From IMG/VR virus record IMGVR_UViG_3300028888_000055: 64,000 bases of DNA; one strand, given 5' to 3'. This document shows, one piece after another, positions 12,469-22,228 of this stretch. The notes below the pieces were generated by a model. It worked only from the letters and a program-made list of their open reading frames with translations. It searched no databases and was not told the origin of the DNA. The DNA comes from a virus (Duplodnaviria > Caudoviricetes). A program made the position numbers and the translations under genes. Each line of letters opens with the position of its first letter. The stretch's first letter is position 1.

Positions 12469-13175
12469 ATTTCAAAATCAAGAGGTGGATAAACTTCATC
12501 ATAATTCTCGTCAAGTAATGAAACTGTAGCAAATTTAGTACTAGTTTCAGGATATTCTTGAATAGAGTGATCGGAAGAATGTATATGTCCTGAGATTGCT
12601 ATCTTTGGTTTCTTCTCTAGAATTGCATCTGCAAGTATTTTATTACCCGCACGTTCTCCAGAATAATATCCTTGAGTAATCACTCCCATTCTTCCAATAT
12701 CTGGGGCATCATGAGTCATACATACATCGCAACGTTTTGGTAACCTTGCATACTTTTCTTGTATAAAAGAATCTACGGACATAAAAGCCCAGTTGCCAAA
12801 TTGATGACACCAGGGAGATCCCCAGAACATATAACTCTTACCTTCTTTGTTATAGAAATCTACATTGTCATTTAAGAATTCTATTTTACCGTTAGTAGGA
12901 GTCCTAATAACAGAGTGATAATAAGGTTCATTATAATAGAAGCTTTCGCCTATAAAATCATGATTACCCCAAACAGCATACACTTTATTACAAGGTATTT
13001 TATTTATCCAGGGTACGAAAAACTTCTTTATCCATTTTTCACTTTTAGGAATATTACGCTGGACAGCTAATGGTACTATATCGCCACAAATAAATAACAC
13101 ATCAAAACGATCAGTTATCTGAGGAAGTAACCCGTGAAGATCACTAATAGCTTTACATTTTAATTTATTTTCCAT
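12465..13175 (-). CDS. Calcineurin-like metallophosphoesterase
   Basis: SDLHG, CGD, GNHD, THDAP and GHIH motifs. Confidence 0.9.
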   Translation of the reverse strand: MENKLKCKAISDLHGLLPQITDRFDVLFICGDIVPLAVQRNIPKSEKWIKKFFVPWINKIPCNKVYAVWGNHDFIGESFYYNEPYYHSVIRTPTNGKIEFLNDNVDFYNKEGKSYMFWGSPWCHQFGNWAFMSVDSFIQEKYARLPKRCDVCMTHDAPDIGRMGVITQGYYSGERAGNKILADAILEKKPKIAISGHIHSSDHSIQEYPETSTKFATVSLLDENYDEVYPPLDFEI

Positions 13176-13359
13176 CCTTGTCTTCTTTTACATATTCATC
13201 AACATATGCTGCTAATGCTTTATTTATAGTAGTTTCACTGAATGTTTGAGCTCGCATCTGACCAATAAAAAGGCTTATCAAATCATATGCACATATTCCT
13301 TCATCATCAGTTACTACCGTAGTAGATATTCCGTCTAGATTTAATTTTAGTTCAGTCAT
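13165..13359 (-). CDS. Hypothetical protein
   Basis: ATG-started ORF in the co-directional operon. Confidence 0.6.
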   Translation of the reverse strand: MTELKLNLDGISTTVVTDDEGICAYDLISLFIGQMRAQTFSETTINKALAAYVDEYVKEDKDGK

Positions 13360-13389
13360 AATTTTAAATGCATTTAAAAGCCATTTAAA

Positions 13390-13462
13390 GAGCCTCTCAG
13401 AGGCTTTTAGTTTCTGTCTAAGTAAGTAAGTGTTACAGAAATAAAAGCTCTCAGAAAGGCTC
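13390..13462. repeat. Long imperfect inverted repeat (intergenic stem-loop)
   Basis: GAGCCTCTCAGAGGCTTTT..TTTCTGT / ACAGAAA..AAAAGCTCTCAGAAAGGCTC. Confidence 0.7.
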
Positions 13463-13471
13463 TATGATAGC

Positions 13472-13990
13472 TTATTCTTTATTATATTTTTTATTTAAAT
13501 CAAGATTAGATTTTAAGCATATATTTTCGGTGGGAGAAGTTTGAATCATAGAAATATCTCCTAGTTTAATATTACGTTTTTTAGTATTAATTTCTAAACA
13601 TTTTCTTAAAGTATATGGTTTAAGAATCCAGGTTAATATTGTCTTCCAATAAATATTGGACTCATCACTTGTACACTTTTCCATATGATGGTAAGGTGTC
13701 CAACCTATGAAACATCCTATTCTAGCTAATTCAATTTTAACTTCCCATCGATTAAATAATACTATATCTATTATAGGATTATGCTTAAAATAAATTCTTT
13801 TCGCAGTCTGTTTATATTTAACATCTGATATAAAGAGGTTCAATATTTTACAGTCAGGTATGAAAGGTTTATTCCTTTTATTACCAATATAAAACTTTAT
13901 ATTAGGTTTTATAAAAAACTTTCTAACTTTCCAGTATGTTTTTAAGCAGTTTTCTATATGTATTATAAAATATTTATTATTTAATCCCAT
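13472..13990 (-). CDS. Hypothetical protein, paralog of 57037-57966
   Basis: YWKVRKFFIKPNIKFYIG..YWKTILTW resembles WWKARKYFKCPKFKFYFG..YWESILWY. Confidence 0.7.
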   Translation of the reverse strand: MGLNNKYFIIHIENCLKTYWKVRKFFIKPNIKFYIGNKRNKPFIPDCKILNLFISDVKYKQTAKRIYFKHNPIIDIVLFNRWEVKIELARIGCFIGWTPYHHMEKCTSDESNIYWKTILTWILKPYTLRKCLEINTKKRNIKLGDISMIQTSPTENICLKSNLDLNKKYNKE

Positions 13991-14172
13991 ACTCCAGTAC
14001 TAATAGGAAGGCCTTTGCTTTGTATTAATTTGGTAGTATCGAATAATAATAAGTTTCTAATATAAGCTTTAACTTCTCTAGGAGAATTCTTTAAAAAGTC
14101 TTCTATTTCTCTATTTTCTTCTTCTTTTTTTCTGATTATGTTATTCTTTCTTATTTTCTTCTGCCATTTCAT
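13981..14172 (-). CDS. Hypothetical protein
   Basis: Short ORF overlapping its neighbours in the operon. Confidence 0.5.
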   Translation of the reverse strand: MKWQKKIRKNNIIRKKEEENREIEDFLKNSPREVKAYIRNLLLFDTTKLIQSKGLPISTGVWD

Positions 14173-15019
14173 ACAAATAGTCCTTTATTTCGTTGGCAAT
14201 AATTTGCATATCTGGATGAGCATTACTAGCAGTTCTTAAAGAAAGAAAATGTTCCCAATCATCAGCGAAGCCAGTTACAACAAGCTCTGTCTTTAATGCA
14301 AGTGGCAGAATCTGCCTTGCTTGTTGTGGTGTCATTTTAAGTTCTTGAATCATCCATAAATAATGGTCTTCTATTTCCTCACAGGCTTTCATATAACAAG
14401 CTTGTCCATCAACATTATCATAATACCAATATGGCTTTATAAAAGTAATTGTATTGCCAAAATTATCATAAGCATAATTGCAATATCTAGTACTTTCTTG
14501 ACAAAAACTTAATTTTCTATGTCTGACTATTTCATTTCCTACTCCTCTATCACATACAATCTTAAAAGAATACCGCTTAATATGATCGGCTTCTGGTAAA
14601 GATAAATATCTAATATCATCTACTTTATCGTTCTCTAGTAATACTCTATAGTTTGTAGTAATATAATATAAAGAACTAAAAGGTACTTCATTAACATAAC
14701 GTGTTTTTCTTACTACTCTAGAATATTCATTTTCTTCATAAAATGATATTATTTCATATTTATCCCTATATTCAGAATCCCTTAAAGCACCTCGTAGAGC
14801 CCAAGGTAATTCTATTTTTAAATATATAGTACCATGTTCCAGTGGAGAATAATGACCTCTTTTAACAAGCATATCTATAAAATCTATGTGGGAATCAGTT
14901 GTTATTTTATTCTCAGATTTATAGCATACTCTCCCTGCTTTTTCAATCATTCTTGTGACATCATCAAAATCTTTATAGTCACATTTTATCATTTCTACAC
15001 TTGGATCAATTAATCGCAT
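14141..15019 (-). CDS. thyX: FAD-dependent thymidylate synthase
   Basis: GHYSPLEH, EIVRHR..SFCQESTRY, ARQILP, FLSLRTASNAHPDMQ. Confidence 0.95.
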   Translation of the reverse strand: MRLIDPSVEMIKCDYKDFDDVTRMIEKAGRVCYKSENKITTDSHIDFIDMLVKRGHYSPLEHGTIYLKIELPWALRGALRDSEYRDKYEIISFYEENEYSRVVRKTRYVNEVPFSSLYYITTNYRVLLENDKVDDIRYLSLPEADHIKRYSFKIVCDRGVGNEIVRHRKLSFCQESTRYCNYAYDNFGNTITFIKPYWYYDNVDGQACYMKACEEIEDHYLWMIQELKMTPQQARQILPLALKTELVVTGFADDWEHFLSLRTASNAHPDMQIIANEIKDYLYEMAEENKKE

Positions 15020-15366
15020 AATATATTATTTTTGATATATTGATTCATTTCTTCATACTTATTGTTAAATTCTTCATTACTAATAAGGTTAGCTTTTATA
15101 ACAAGAAGCATGGTTCTATCTATCTTAGTAGTAATTGTTTTATGTCCTATTTGTAAACCAACATAAGTTATATAAATAGCCTCATCCCCACTATATTTAA
15201 TATTAGTAATCTTAATAATTTTAGTACGGATACCATTAATATTAAAACATTTACCTTCTAGATATTTATATTTTTCTAATTCAAGCTCTCGAATCGCCTC
15301 ATTAATATTTCCGAGGCGATTCTCAAGCTCAAATTTTTCATTCATTAACTCTCCTAATTTGCTCAT
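15010..15366 (-). CDS. Hypothetical protein
   Basis: ORF in operon. Confidence 0.6.
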   Translation of the reverse strand: MSKLGELMNEKFELENRLGNINEAIRELELEKYKYLEGKCFNINGIRTKIIKITNIKYSGDEAIYITYVGLQIGHKTITTKIDRTMLLVIKANLISNEEFNNKYEEMNQYIKNNILCD

Positions 15367-15558
15367 AGTTCTTTTTCAATTCTTACGAATGTAATACTAT
15401 AAACTCCAGGGAATTGGGCTTTAAGTTTCTTTAAAGCACTTTCTTTGTTATATGCATCAATAAATACCTTGTCTAATTCTTTATCGCCAGCATTATATTG
15501 AATATTATATATGTATCTTTTCATTTAATTTGGTTTAAATGTTAAACAATTAATTTAA

Positions 15559-16203
15559 TTACCTCTTAATAACTTTATTGATTTTCTTTGTGCCATTGTC
15601 ATACTCTATAGTAACAATGTTTACACCGTCAAATGGTTCTGAACTTTGAACGCCTTGCATATTATAATATTGGACTTTCTTTACAGAAGATTCAACATTT
15701 GTAATGCCAGTTGGTGGGGTATATGGAGTATAATTAATTGTAATACTCTTGATTCTTACTTGAACATTTGTTGTATTGTTGTTTCCAATTGTAAATGCGG
15801 AAGCATTAATTGCATATTCACCTTCGTCATTTGGTTCAACTATATTACCATTTACTTCAACATACACATTTGAATAATTAGCACTACTAAACTCAAATGT
15901 AATGTTATTGATAGTTGCATTATTCAATGATGCAACATCAATGGTACTTACACCATTTTCATTCCAATATAATCTTACTTCTCCAGCTTTATTTAATCCA
16001 GGATAAAGCTCATTACCAGCTAAATTACCAATTACTGACCATTCAGTGGCATCAAGTCCAACAATGGTGGCATCATTTCCGCCTGTCATATTTGTTGTTG
16101 TGGTTCCTGTGTATGCTAAAACTACGGTTTCAGCATTTGCATACAATGACATACTCACAAAGAGTAATAATAAAAGAGATAATAATTTTTTCATAAAATA
16201 CAT
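15559..16203 (-). CDS. Secreted Bacteroidales-type surface protein with signal peptide and Prevotella/Muribaculaceae-like C-terminal sorting domain
   Basis: MKKLLSLLLLLFVSMSLYA signal; C-terminus TGITNVESS..YYNMQGVQSSEPFDGVNIV..G.KKINKVIKR. Confidence 0.75.
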   Translation of the reverse strand: MYFMKKLLSLLLLLFVSMSLYANAETVVLAYTGTTTTNMTGGNDATIVGLDATEWSVIGNLAGNELYPGLNKAGEVRLYWNENGVSTIDVASLNNATINNITFEFSSANYSNVYVEVNGNIVEPNDEGEYAINASAFTIGNNNTTNVQVRIKSITINYTPYTPPTGITNVESSVKKVQYYNMQGVQSSEPFDGVNIVTIEYDNGTKKINKVIKR

Positions 16204-16211
16204 TTTTTCAT

Positions 16212-16252
16212 AAAAAAGAGAGATACTATTTATATATAATATCTCTCATTTT
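16212..16252 (-). terminator. Probable intrinsic terminator after the OmpA-like gene
   Basis: GAGAGATA..TATCTCTC stem followed by a T-tract on the minus strand. Confidence 0.55.
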
Positions 16253-16275
16253 ATATTAATAATAACTGATCTAGC

Positions 16276-17376
16276 TTATTTTACAATTACTACAGCAACA
16301 CGAGCACCTAAGTCTGTGCCAACACCATGAGCATCTTCAACGCGAACACCACGGTTTTCAAGATAATTCTTTACAACTTGAGCACGCTCATTTGCAAGAT
16401 TTGCATTGAAATTAGCATTGCCATCAGGCGATGCAGAACCAATTATGCGAACGATTGAGTTCTCACCAATCTCATTGAGAGTTGCCTTAGCATTGTCAGT
16501 GAGCTCAGTTGATGCATTTGCGAAGAATACCACAAATTGGTCAGCATCATTAACTGTCTTAGTAACTTCCTTAATTACTTCAACCTTTTGTACTTCGGTA
16601 ATAACCTCTGGCTTACGGCTGCGAAGCTCATTGATTTGATCATTAAGGCGGTCAACTTCAGCTTGTGTATACTTATAAGGACAGAGTGTAAAGTTGTGTG
16701 TTCCATTACTGTTCTTAAACTTATAAGTTAAACCTGCTTCAAGACCTACCCAAGCATTACGGGAATCAAATGCTGGCTGATTAGCATGATAATAGCCATT
16801 AGCACCTGTCAAATTGTAGGCAATATAAGGAGCTACATTAAGTTGTAATCTATCAGTAAGATTTACATTTACTTCTGCTCCTAACTTAGTAATAATGTCA
16901 TTAGTATGCATAGTAGTACCAAAGTAGTAATACTCAGCATCCTGAGCATAGATAAAGCCATGATTCCAACCAATACCTGCTACTGCTACAATTTCTACAG
17001 GACGAGGTTGTCCCTTGTAACCAGCAAATAAATTGTTCAAATTAACCTTACCATTTGCCATAACATTTACATAGTTAAGCCAATTGCGACCTTGAAAATC
17101 GCCTGGCTGTGAACCATTTTCCCAACCGATTGTACTTGAAACACCTACTCCAAATACAGGAGTGATGTATTTAGTCAAGTCAAGACTAGTACTTGCTTGG
17201 ATGGTATGTCCAAAGTCTTTATAATTGTTACAACCAGGATGTAAAATGGCTGTAACACCGCCTCTCACGCCGATTTGCCAATTGTCTGTAAATTTAGAAT
17301 GTTCTACTGTTTGTGCGCTCATTCCAAGCGTAGTAGCTAGAACAGCAGCTACCATTAAAATAAATTTCTTCATCAT
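16276..17376 (-). CDS. Bacteroidales OmpA-family outer membrane protein
   Basis: Signal peptide; beta-barrel (SKFTDNW..NLNNLFAGYKGQPR..GLTYKFKNSNGTHNF); C-terminal OmpA domain (VFFANAST..GSASPDG..LANERAQVVKNYL). Confidence 0.92.
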   Translation of the reverse strand: MMKKFILMVAAVLATTLGMSAQTVEHSKFTDNWQIGVRGGVTAILHPGCNNYKDFGHTIQASTSLDLTKYITPVFGVGVSSTIGWENGSQPGDFQGRNWLNYVNVMANGKVNLNNLFAGYKGQPRPVEIVAVAGIGWNHGFIYAQDAEYYYFGTTMHTNDIITKLGAEVNVNLTDRLQLNVAPYIAYNLTGANGYYHANQPAFDSRNAWVGLEAGLTYKFKNSNGTHNFTLCPYKYTQAEVDRLNDQINELRSRKPEVITEVQKVEVIKEVTKTVNDADQFVVFFANASTELTDNAKATLNEIGENSIVRIIGSASPDGNANFNANLANERAQVVKNYLENRGVRVEDAHGVGTDLGARVAVVIVK

Positions 17377-17404
17377 AAAATCATTAATTCAATAAAAAAG
17401 TATC

Positions 17405-17656
17405 TTAATCTTTTGTTATATACTTCAGTATCTCGTCTGGATGCGTCAGGCCGTGCCATTCCTTTATCATCTCATTATCATCATCGAGTAATACTAAAGT
17501 TGGTAGAGATTTTACTCCGTATTCTTCACATAAGGATTCATTTTCTTCGTTTTCAACATTTACGGGTTCAATTTCTACCGAATCAAAAGATTGTAATAAT
17601 TCTCCTTGCATTTTACAAGGAGAACACCAATCTGCATAAAAATCAAGTAGTTTCAC
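17405..17656 (-). CDS. Thioredoxin
   Basis: DFYADWCSPCK..YGVKSLPTL. Confidence 0.9.
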   Translation of the reverse strand: MKLLDFYADWCSPCKMQGELLQSFDSVEIEPVNVENEENESLCEEYGVKSLPTLVLLDDDNEMIKEWHGLTHPDEILKYITKD

Positions 17657-17900
17657 TTTTAATTAACTCTATTTCTTTATTAATATACCATATGGCTTTT
17701 TGTAAATCCTCTATATGGGTATCTTTTTTATTGCCTTTAAGTCCAGCACGCCATAGATATTTAATAGCATTACCTATACAAAAATCTCTGTGTTTAATAA
17801 TATCTATACATTCCACTCCAGATGGGTCTGAGCAATAATGAAGTGGATGATCCACATTACTTGTGGAAGCTATATAAGGTTTTTTATTATCTTTTATCAT
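17643..17900 (-). CDS. DUF3310-family phage protein
   Basis: VDHPLHY..ECIDII..FCIGNAIKYLWRAGLK..EDLQKAIWYI. Confidence 0.9.
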   Translation of the reverse strand: MIKDNKKPYIASTSNVDHPLHYCSDPSGVECIDIIKHRDFCIGNAIKYLWRAGLKGNKKDTHIEDLQKAIWYINKEIELIKSETT

Positions 17901-18120
17901 AACTATAATAATCGAATAAATAAGAAGGAATTTTATTCATAAGAGCTAGCCATCCTCTATTAGAAATTTCTTTATTATAATAAAGATTTCTTATCTTTAT
18001 CGTTCTAAATCTAGTAGTAGTACTACTAGTTTGGTGATTTTTCTCTTTATAAAAGCGGCCTTTTCCTTCTCTATTGTTTTCGCTCTGCAAAGATAATACT
18101 TTATCTTCAATTATTCCCAA
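17887..18120 (-). CDS. Hypothetical protein
   Basis: TTG-started ORF in operon. Confidence 0.5.
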   Translation of the reverse strand: MGIIEDKVLSLQSENNREGKGRFYKEKNHQTSSTTTRFRTIKIRNLYYNKEISNRGWLALMNKIPSYLFDYYSYDKR

Positions 18121-18151
18121 AACTCATGTATATATTTATAGTTAATTTTCC

Positions 18152-20200
18152 TTAATGGACCCAATGATCAGAGACTGAGGCTTCTGCAGGGATAGGCAAA
18201 GATTTGCAATATATTGATGCAGCTTTTTCCATACATTCTTTAAGAATATCTGGAGTTTCTTTTATTTCTTCTTTATAAATTACATTAATTTCATCATGAA
18301 CCAAAGCAGATAATTCAACATCCTTAAAATGATTATTATCTACTATCCAATTAAAAAACATAGTAGCAGCAGTTTTTAAGATTACACTTCCACTTCCCTG
18401 TGTCGGGGAATTCAAAGCATATCTTTCATATTTGCTAGATGCTCTAAAGTGCATAGACACTTCTCGAGCAACAGCATCTCCAGTACCTTTATGGTATTGT
18501 CCGTATTCTTCCCAAAATTCTGGAGTAAAAGATTGCTGTCTAGCTAACCATGCATCGTGGTCCCACCAGTACATTTTATGACCACTTTCTTTACACATTA
18601 ATATATATCCATGCTTCTTTACGAAAGCGGCCCCTTCTTTCTTAAACTTAGCAATTCCAGGGAAACCACTAGCATATGCATTAGCAAAATTCCGTGCTTC
18701 TTCTAATGTACATCCCATCGCTCCCATAATAGCATATTCAGAACCTCCAAATTGTTGGCTAAATTCTATACCTTTTACTGCTTTTCTTAAATGAGGATAT
18801 AATTTCTTTATATCTTTTATAGGGGTGTCTCTTGGTATCTCCTTATATACCATATAAGCACATAGTGAATGCATATCTCCACTACCGTGCAGAAACTCAT
18901 TTAACATGGAAGTCTCATTATATATATCTGCTCCTAATCTACTTTCCAATGCACTATAATCACAGCTTACCCATTTATACCCTTTAGGGGCAGTAAATGA
19001 ACCTCGTGTTGGGGCATCAGCTGGTAATTGCTGCATATTAGGATAAGTACAATCTTTAGGGCTTAAATTTTTATACTTGGCTAAATCATAGTTAGGTTGT
19101 TGACTTCCACAGGACATCCTGCCTGATCTAGCTCCAAGTTGTTTATAATTAGTATGTATTCTGTCGGTTATTGGGTTAATAGCATTAAGGTGACCTTCAC
19201 CAAAGGATGTAATTACTTTAAACGCCTCCTGAAAATTAAAATATAACTTTAGGAATTCATCATTTATTCCTTTTTGAACTTTAAGATGCTTTTCAAGTAC
19301 ACTATCTTTATCTTCTCCAGTCTTTTTGTCTTTTACTTCAGTATTAAATCCTAAATCCTTAGCTATTTTAACAACTTGTTGACTACTTGCCCAATTAACT
19401 GTACATATGGGAGTAGTATCAAATCCATCAAATAGACTACCTTGTAGATTTACTCTAGTATATTTAGATAAAGCAGGATTATTAACAACAAAATCATCAA
19501 GGGCTTTTTTGCTGTCTTCATACTTAAGTCTATCATTCTTCATTTTTTCTTTCCACTTATCTGCATCCAAGTGTATTCCACACCATTCAAGATAAGCTAT
19601 AGCTGGAATAAAGTTACACTCTACTTGAACTGCTTTCTTAAGGTCTTGTTTCTTTACATCCTTTAATTGTGAATTAGCTATATCTCCTAAATATGTGACA
19701 TCTCCTGCCGCATATTTAATAACTTCTTCATCCAATCCTCTCCATATAATCTCACCTCTAACTGTTTTATCAATATCAATATTTAGCCTTCTAGCTGCTA
19801 TTGAACGCAAAGAATAAGATATTACGCTGCTAGGATACCCTAAATGCAGTAGTTGTTCTACAATCATAGTGTCATATACATTTCTAGGTATAATACCATA
19901 ATTATATAAGAACTGTAAATCAAACTTTATATTTTGACCTACTAACTTTTTACTTTCTAGAATATCTTTATACAGTAAAGGAGAAATCGTGGTAGTATCA
20001 ACAACTATTTGATTTTCTCCTTTAATATCTCCAAATTGCATACAAAGCAACTTACAGAGATGTGGATCACGACCTTCGGTTTCAGAATCGTATTGGATGA
20101 AGCTCCAGGATTCCATCATTTTAATGGAATCTTCTGGAGTCATCATCGTGTACGCGTCTGAGTCAAATAGTTCTTTTTGTGTACTTACAAAATATATCAT
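18152..20200 (-). CDS. polA: DNA polymerase family A with 3'-5' exonuclease domain
   Basis: Exo YDSETEG, QNIKFD and YAAGD; SGRMS; PNMQQLP; motif A DYSALESR; motif C VHDEI. Confidence 0.95.
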   Translation of the reverse strand: MIYFVSTQKELFDSDAYTMMTPEDSIKMMESWSFIQYDSETEGRDPHLCKLLCMQFGDIKGENQIVVDTTTISPLLYKDILESKKLVGQNIKFDLQFLYNYGIIPRNVYDTMIVEQLLHLGYPSSVISYSLRSIAARRLNIDIDKTVRGEIIWRGLDEEVIKYAAGDVTYLGDIANSQLKDVKKQDLKKAVQVECNFIPAIAYLEWCGIHLDADKWKEKMKNDRLKYEDSKKALDDFVVNNPALSKYTRVNLQGSLFDGFDTTPICTVNWASSQQVVKIAKDLGFNTEVKDKKTGEDKDSVLEKHLKVQKGINDEFLKLYFNFQEAFKVITSFGEGHLNAINPITDRIHTNYKQLGARSGRMSCGSQQPNYDLAKYKNLSPKDCTYPNMQQLPADAPTRGSFTAPKGYKWVSCDYSALESRLGADIYNETSMLNEFLHGSGDMHSLCAYMVYKEIPRDTPIKDIKKLYPHLRKAVKGIEFSQQFGGSEYAIMGAMGCTLEEARNFANAYASGFPGIAKFKKEGAAFVKKHGYILMCKESGHKMYWWDHDAWLARQQSFTPEFWEEYGQYHKGTGDAVAREVSMHFRASSKYERYALNSPTQGSGSVILKTAATMFFNWIVDNNHFKDVELSALVHDEINVIYKEEIKETPDILKECMEKAASIYCKSLPIPAEASVSDHWVH

Positions 20201-20490
20201 AATTGATATTGTTTTACATATTCATATAAAGAATCTAAATCATAGCAAATCCTATTTCCGTTTTCATCGGTTGCTATATGGTCTTTACCTTCAAATATGT
20301 ACCACATTATCCAATCAATTCCATATTCATTAAAGTGACTAGCTAACAAAGTTTCAAATATTACAAAACCTTCAGTATATAAAGGAGACTCTCCTATTTC
20401 TATATGATGGTTATCCCATAACTTATTTCCTTCGTTTAGTAATACTTCTACACTTTTAATAGCCCTGATAAATAATTCTTTAGTTATCAT
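20197..20490 (-). CDS. Hypothetical phage protein
   Basis: DWIMWYIFE..LDSLYEY, typical of a small phage protein family. Confidence 0.65.
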   Translation of the reverse strand: MITKELFIRAIKSVEVLLNEGNKLWDNHHIEIGESPLYTEGFVIFETLLASHFNEYGIDWIMWYIFEGKDHIATDENGNRICYDLDSLYEYVKQYQL

Positions 20491-20719
20491 ATTCTATGAG
20501 CTCTACATTAAAATTATCTGAGTCTACTTTTGTAAGTATATAGTCACTTATAACTTCTTCTATCGCTTTTATATGTTCTTCTCCTACTGTTACAGGGATA
20601 TCTTCCCTTGCTGAACGAATCATATCGCTAAATAAAGGATCATCCATAAACTTTTCTACGTCAACAAAGAATTCACCAGTAATTTTTGCAACAACTTTCA
20701 TATTAATACCATGTTTCAA
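20480..20719 (-). CDS. Hypothetical protein
   Basis: ORF in operon. Confidence 0.6.
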   Translation of the reverse strand: MKHGINMKVVAKITGEFFVDVEKFMDDPLFSDMIRSAREDIPVTVGEEHIKAIEEVISDYILTKVDSDNFNVELIEYDN

Positions 20720-21083
20720 ATGTTATATATTCTGTATCTTGTAAGTTATCGAATGCGGGCAGTATATTAGTTTCTAGTTTCTTTAATACTTCTTCTACAT
20801 CCTGTATATAATATTTATCATAAGCTGTACTACCGAAAAAGAATCCATCCATAGTGGGCAATAGTTCTTTACAAGTAGTAACATCATTTAGTACTGTCCT
20901 ACATCGTTTCACCAGTTCCTCACACATTCCTTTAGTGATTTCTAGAGGAATCTGTTCTGCAATATTAAATCCTTTATCACCAAAAAATCTTACTAAAAAG
21001 TTAACTTTACGAAAATAACTAACTTCTTCTGCGTCTATGTTTTTATTTCTATTTCTACGGAAGAAAAATATATCTAATCCCAT
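20703..21083 (-). CDS. Conserved phage protein (MGLD...YFRK family)
   Basis: MGLDIFF..SYFRKVN..LLPTMDGFFFGSTAYDKYY. Confidence 0.75.
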   Translation of the reverse strand: MGLDIFFFRRNRNKNIDAEEVSYFRKVNFLVRFFGDKGFNIAEQIPLEITKGMCEELVKRCRTVLNDVTTCKELLPTMDGFFFGSTAYDKYYIQDVEEVLKKLETNILPAFDNLQDTEYITFETWY

Positions 21084-21101
21084 ATTTAAATTTTTTATTT
21101 A

Positions 21102-21614
21102 TTATTTACCTGTATGTCCAAATCCTCCATCGCCTCTTTCAGTTTCACTTAATTCAGTAACTTCTACGAGTTCGATTTTAGGATAAGGTAATATCATCAT
21201 TTGACAAACTCTTTCACCAACTTTATAAGGAGCTAAAGCACTTATAGTATTAGCATAAGCGTTTATCACAGTATTCTGGTCATGAGATAGTGTAAGATAA
21301 GGCGTTATAGGCAACTTATCTCTATTCTTAAATACTACTAATAGTTCTCCTCTATAACCAGAATCAAGAGTACCAGGAGCATTAGGTATATAAACGTCGG
21401 TCTTAGTGTTACTGCTTCGTGGTCTAAGATCCATATAATAACCTTCTGGAACTTCAAACGCTAAACCTGTATGATAAATATATCTATCATTTTGTAAATC
21501 ATACTCCACATCTACGGCCGTTATATCCATGCAAGCATCTCCTGGCATTGCATATGTAGGAACAACTGCATCTTCACGCAGTTTCTTGAATTTCACTTGT
21601 AACGTCTCTCTCAT
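21102..21614 (-). CDS. dut: Trimeric dUTPase
   Basis: GDACMD, RPRSS, GTLDSGYRGE, GERVCQ, RGDGGFGHTG. Confidence 0.95.
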   Translation of the reverse strand: MRETLQVKFKKLREDAVVPTYAMPGDACMDITAVDVEYDLQNDRYIYHTGLAFEVPEGYYMDLRPRSSNTKTDVYIPNAPGTLDSGYRGELLVVFKNRDKLPITPYLTLSHDQNTVINAYANTISALAPYKVGERVCQMMILPYPKIELVEVTELSETERGDGGFGHTGK

Positions 21615-21969
21615 TAAATTTAAATTTATACTCAGAGTTTAAGGTATGAAAAACATTATTTTCCCAGTCAATAGATTGAACTGTAGATGTATAGTAATAT
21701 ACATCATTGTCTTCCATATAACAGGAAATTCCTTCTCCAAATCCTGGAGTAATGCCTTTCATTTTTACTGCATCTAGAGGAGTATCTACAACTTTCTCGA
21801 TTTCGATATCCCCCATTTTAGACTTTTTTACTGCTTCATATACAAACATGAAATCTTTTCCATATTTGTTTACAAAGTCCTCTTCAGACATCTGTCTTAT
21901 CTCCATTATCTTCAATATCATCGGATGATGGAGAGTGAGATGCATCACAGGGCGTTTTATCTTTGACAT
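21574..21969 (-). CDS. Hypothetical phage protein
   Basis: YYTSTVQSIDWENNVFHTLNSEY. Confidence 0.65.
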   Translation of the reverse strand: MSKIKRPVMHLTLHHPMILKIMEIRQMSEEDFVNKYGKDFMFVYEAVKKSKMGDIEIEKVVDTPLDAVKMKGITPGFGEGISCYMEDNDVYYYTSTVQSIDWENNVFHTLNSEYKFKFNERDVTSEIQETA

Positions 21970-22228
21970 AATTTACTATATTGTTAATATTACATTCATT
22001 TGCTTCTGAATAGAAGCCTTTTATTCCTTTCTTATTTTCATAAACAGCTACAAATGGAACTAATCTTGCCCCAAAAGAACTTTTTATTTGACGAGCTTTT
22101 CTTTTATCGCTAAATATATCCTCGTCATAAAATTCTAAACTAACTGGATAACCTTCCAGCTCTTTAGTTAAGCTGGAAGGATCCAATTCGTTAGTTAGTA
22201 AACTATTATAAACCAATTTTAGTGTCAT
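21884..22228 (-). CDS. Hypothetical protein, thioredoxin-like fold possible
   Basis: FGARLVPFVAV resembles a thioredoxin cis-Pro loop; ATGA overlap with the RNR stop. Confidence 0.55.
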   Translation of the reverse strand: MTLKLVYNSLLTNELDPSSLTKELEGYPVSLEFYDEDIFSDKRKARQIKSSFGARLVPFVAVYENKKGIKGFYSEANECNINNIVNYVKDKTPCDASHSPSSDDIEDNGDKTDV

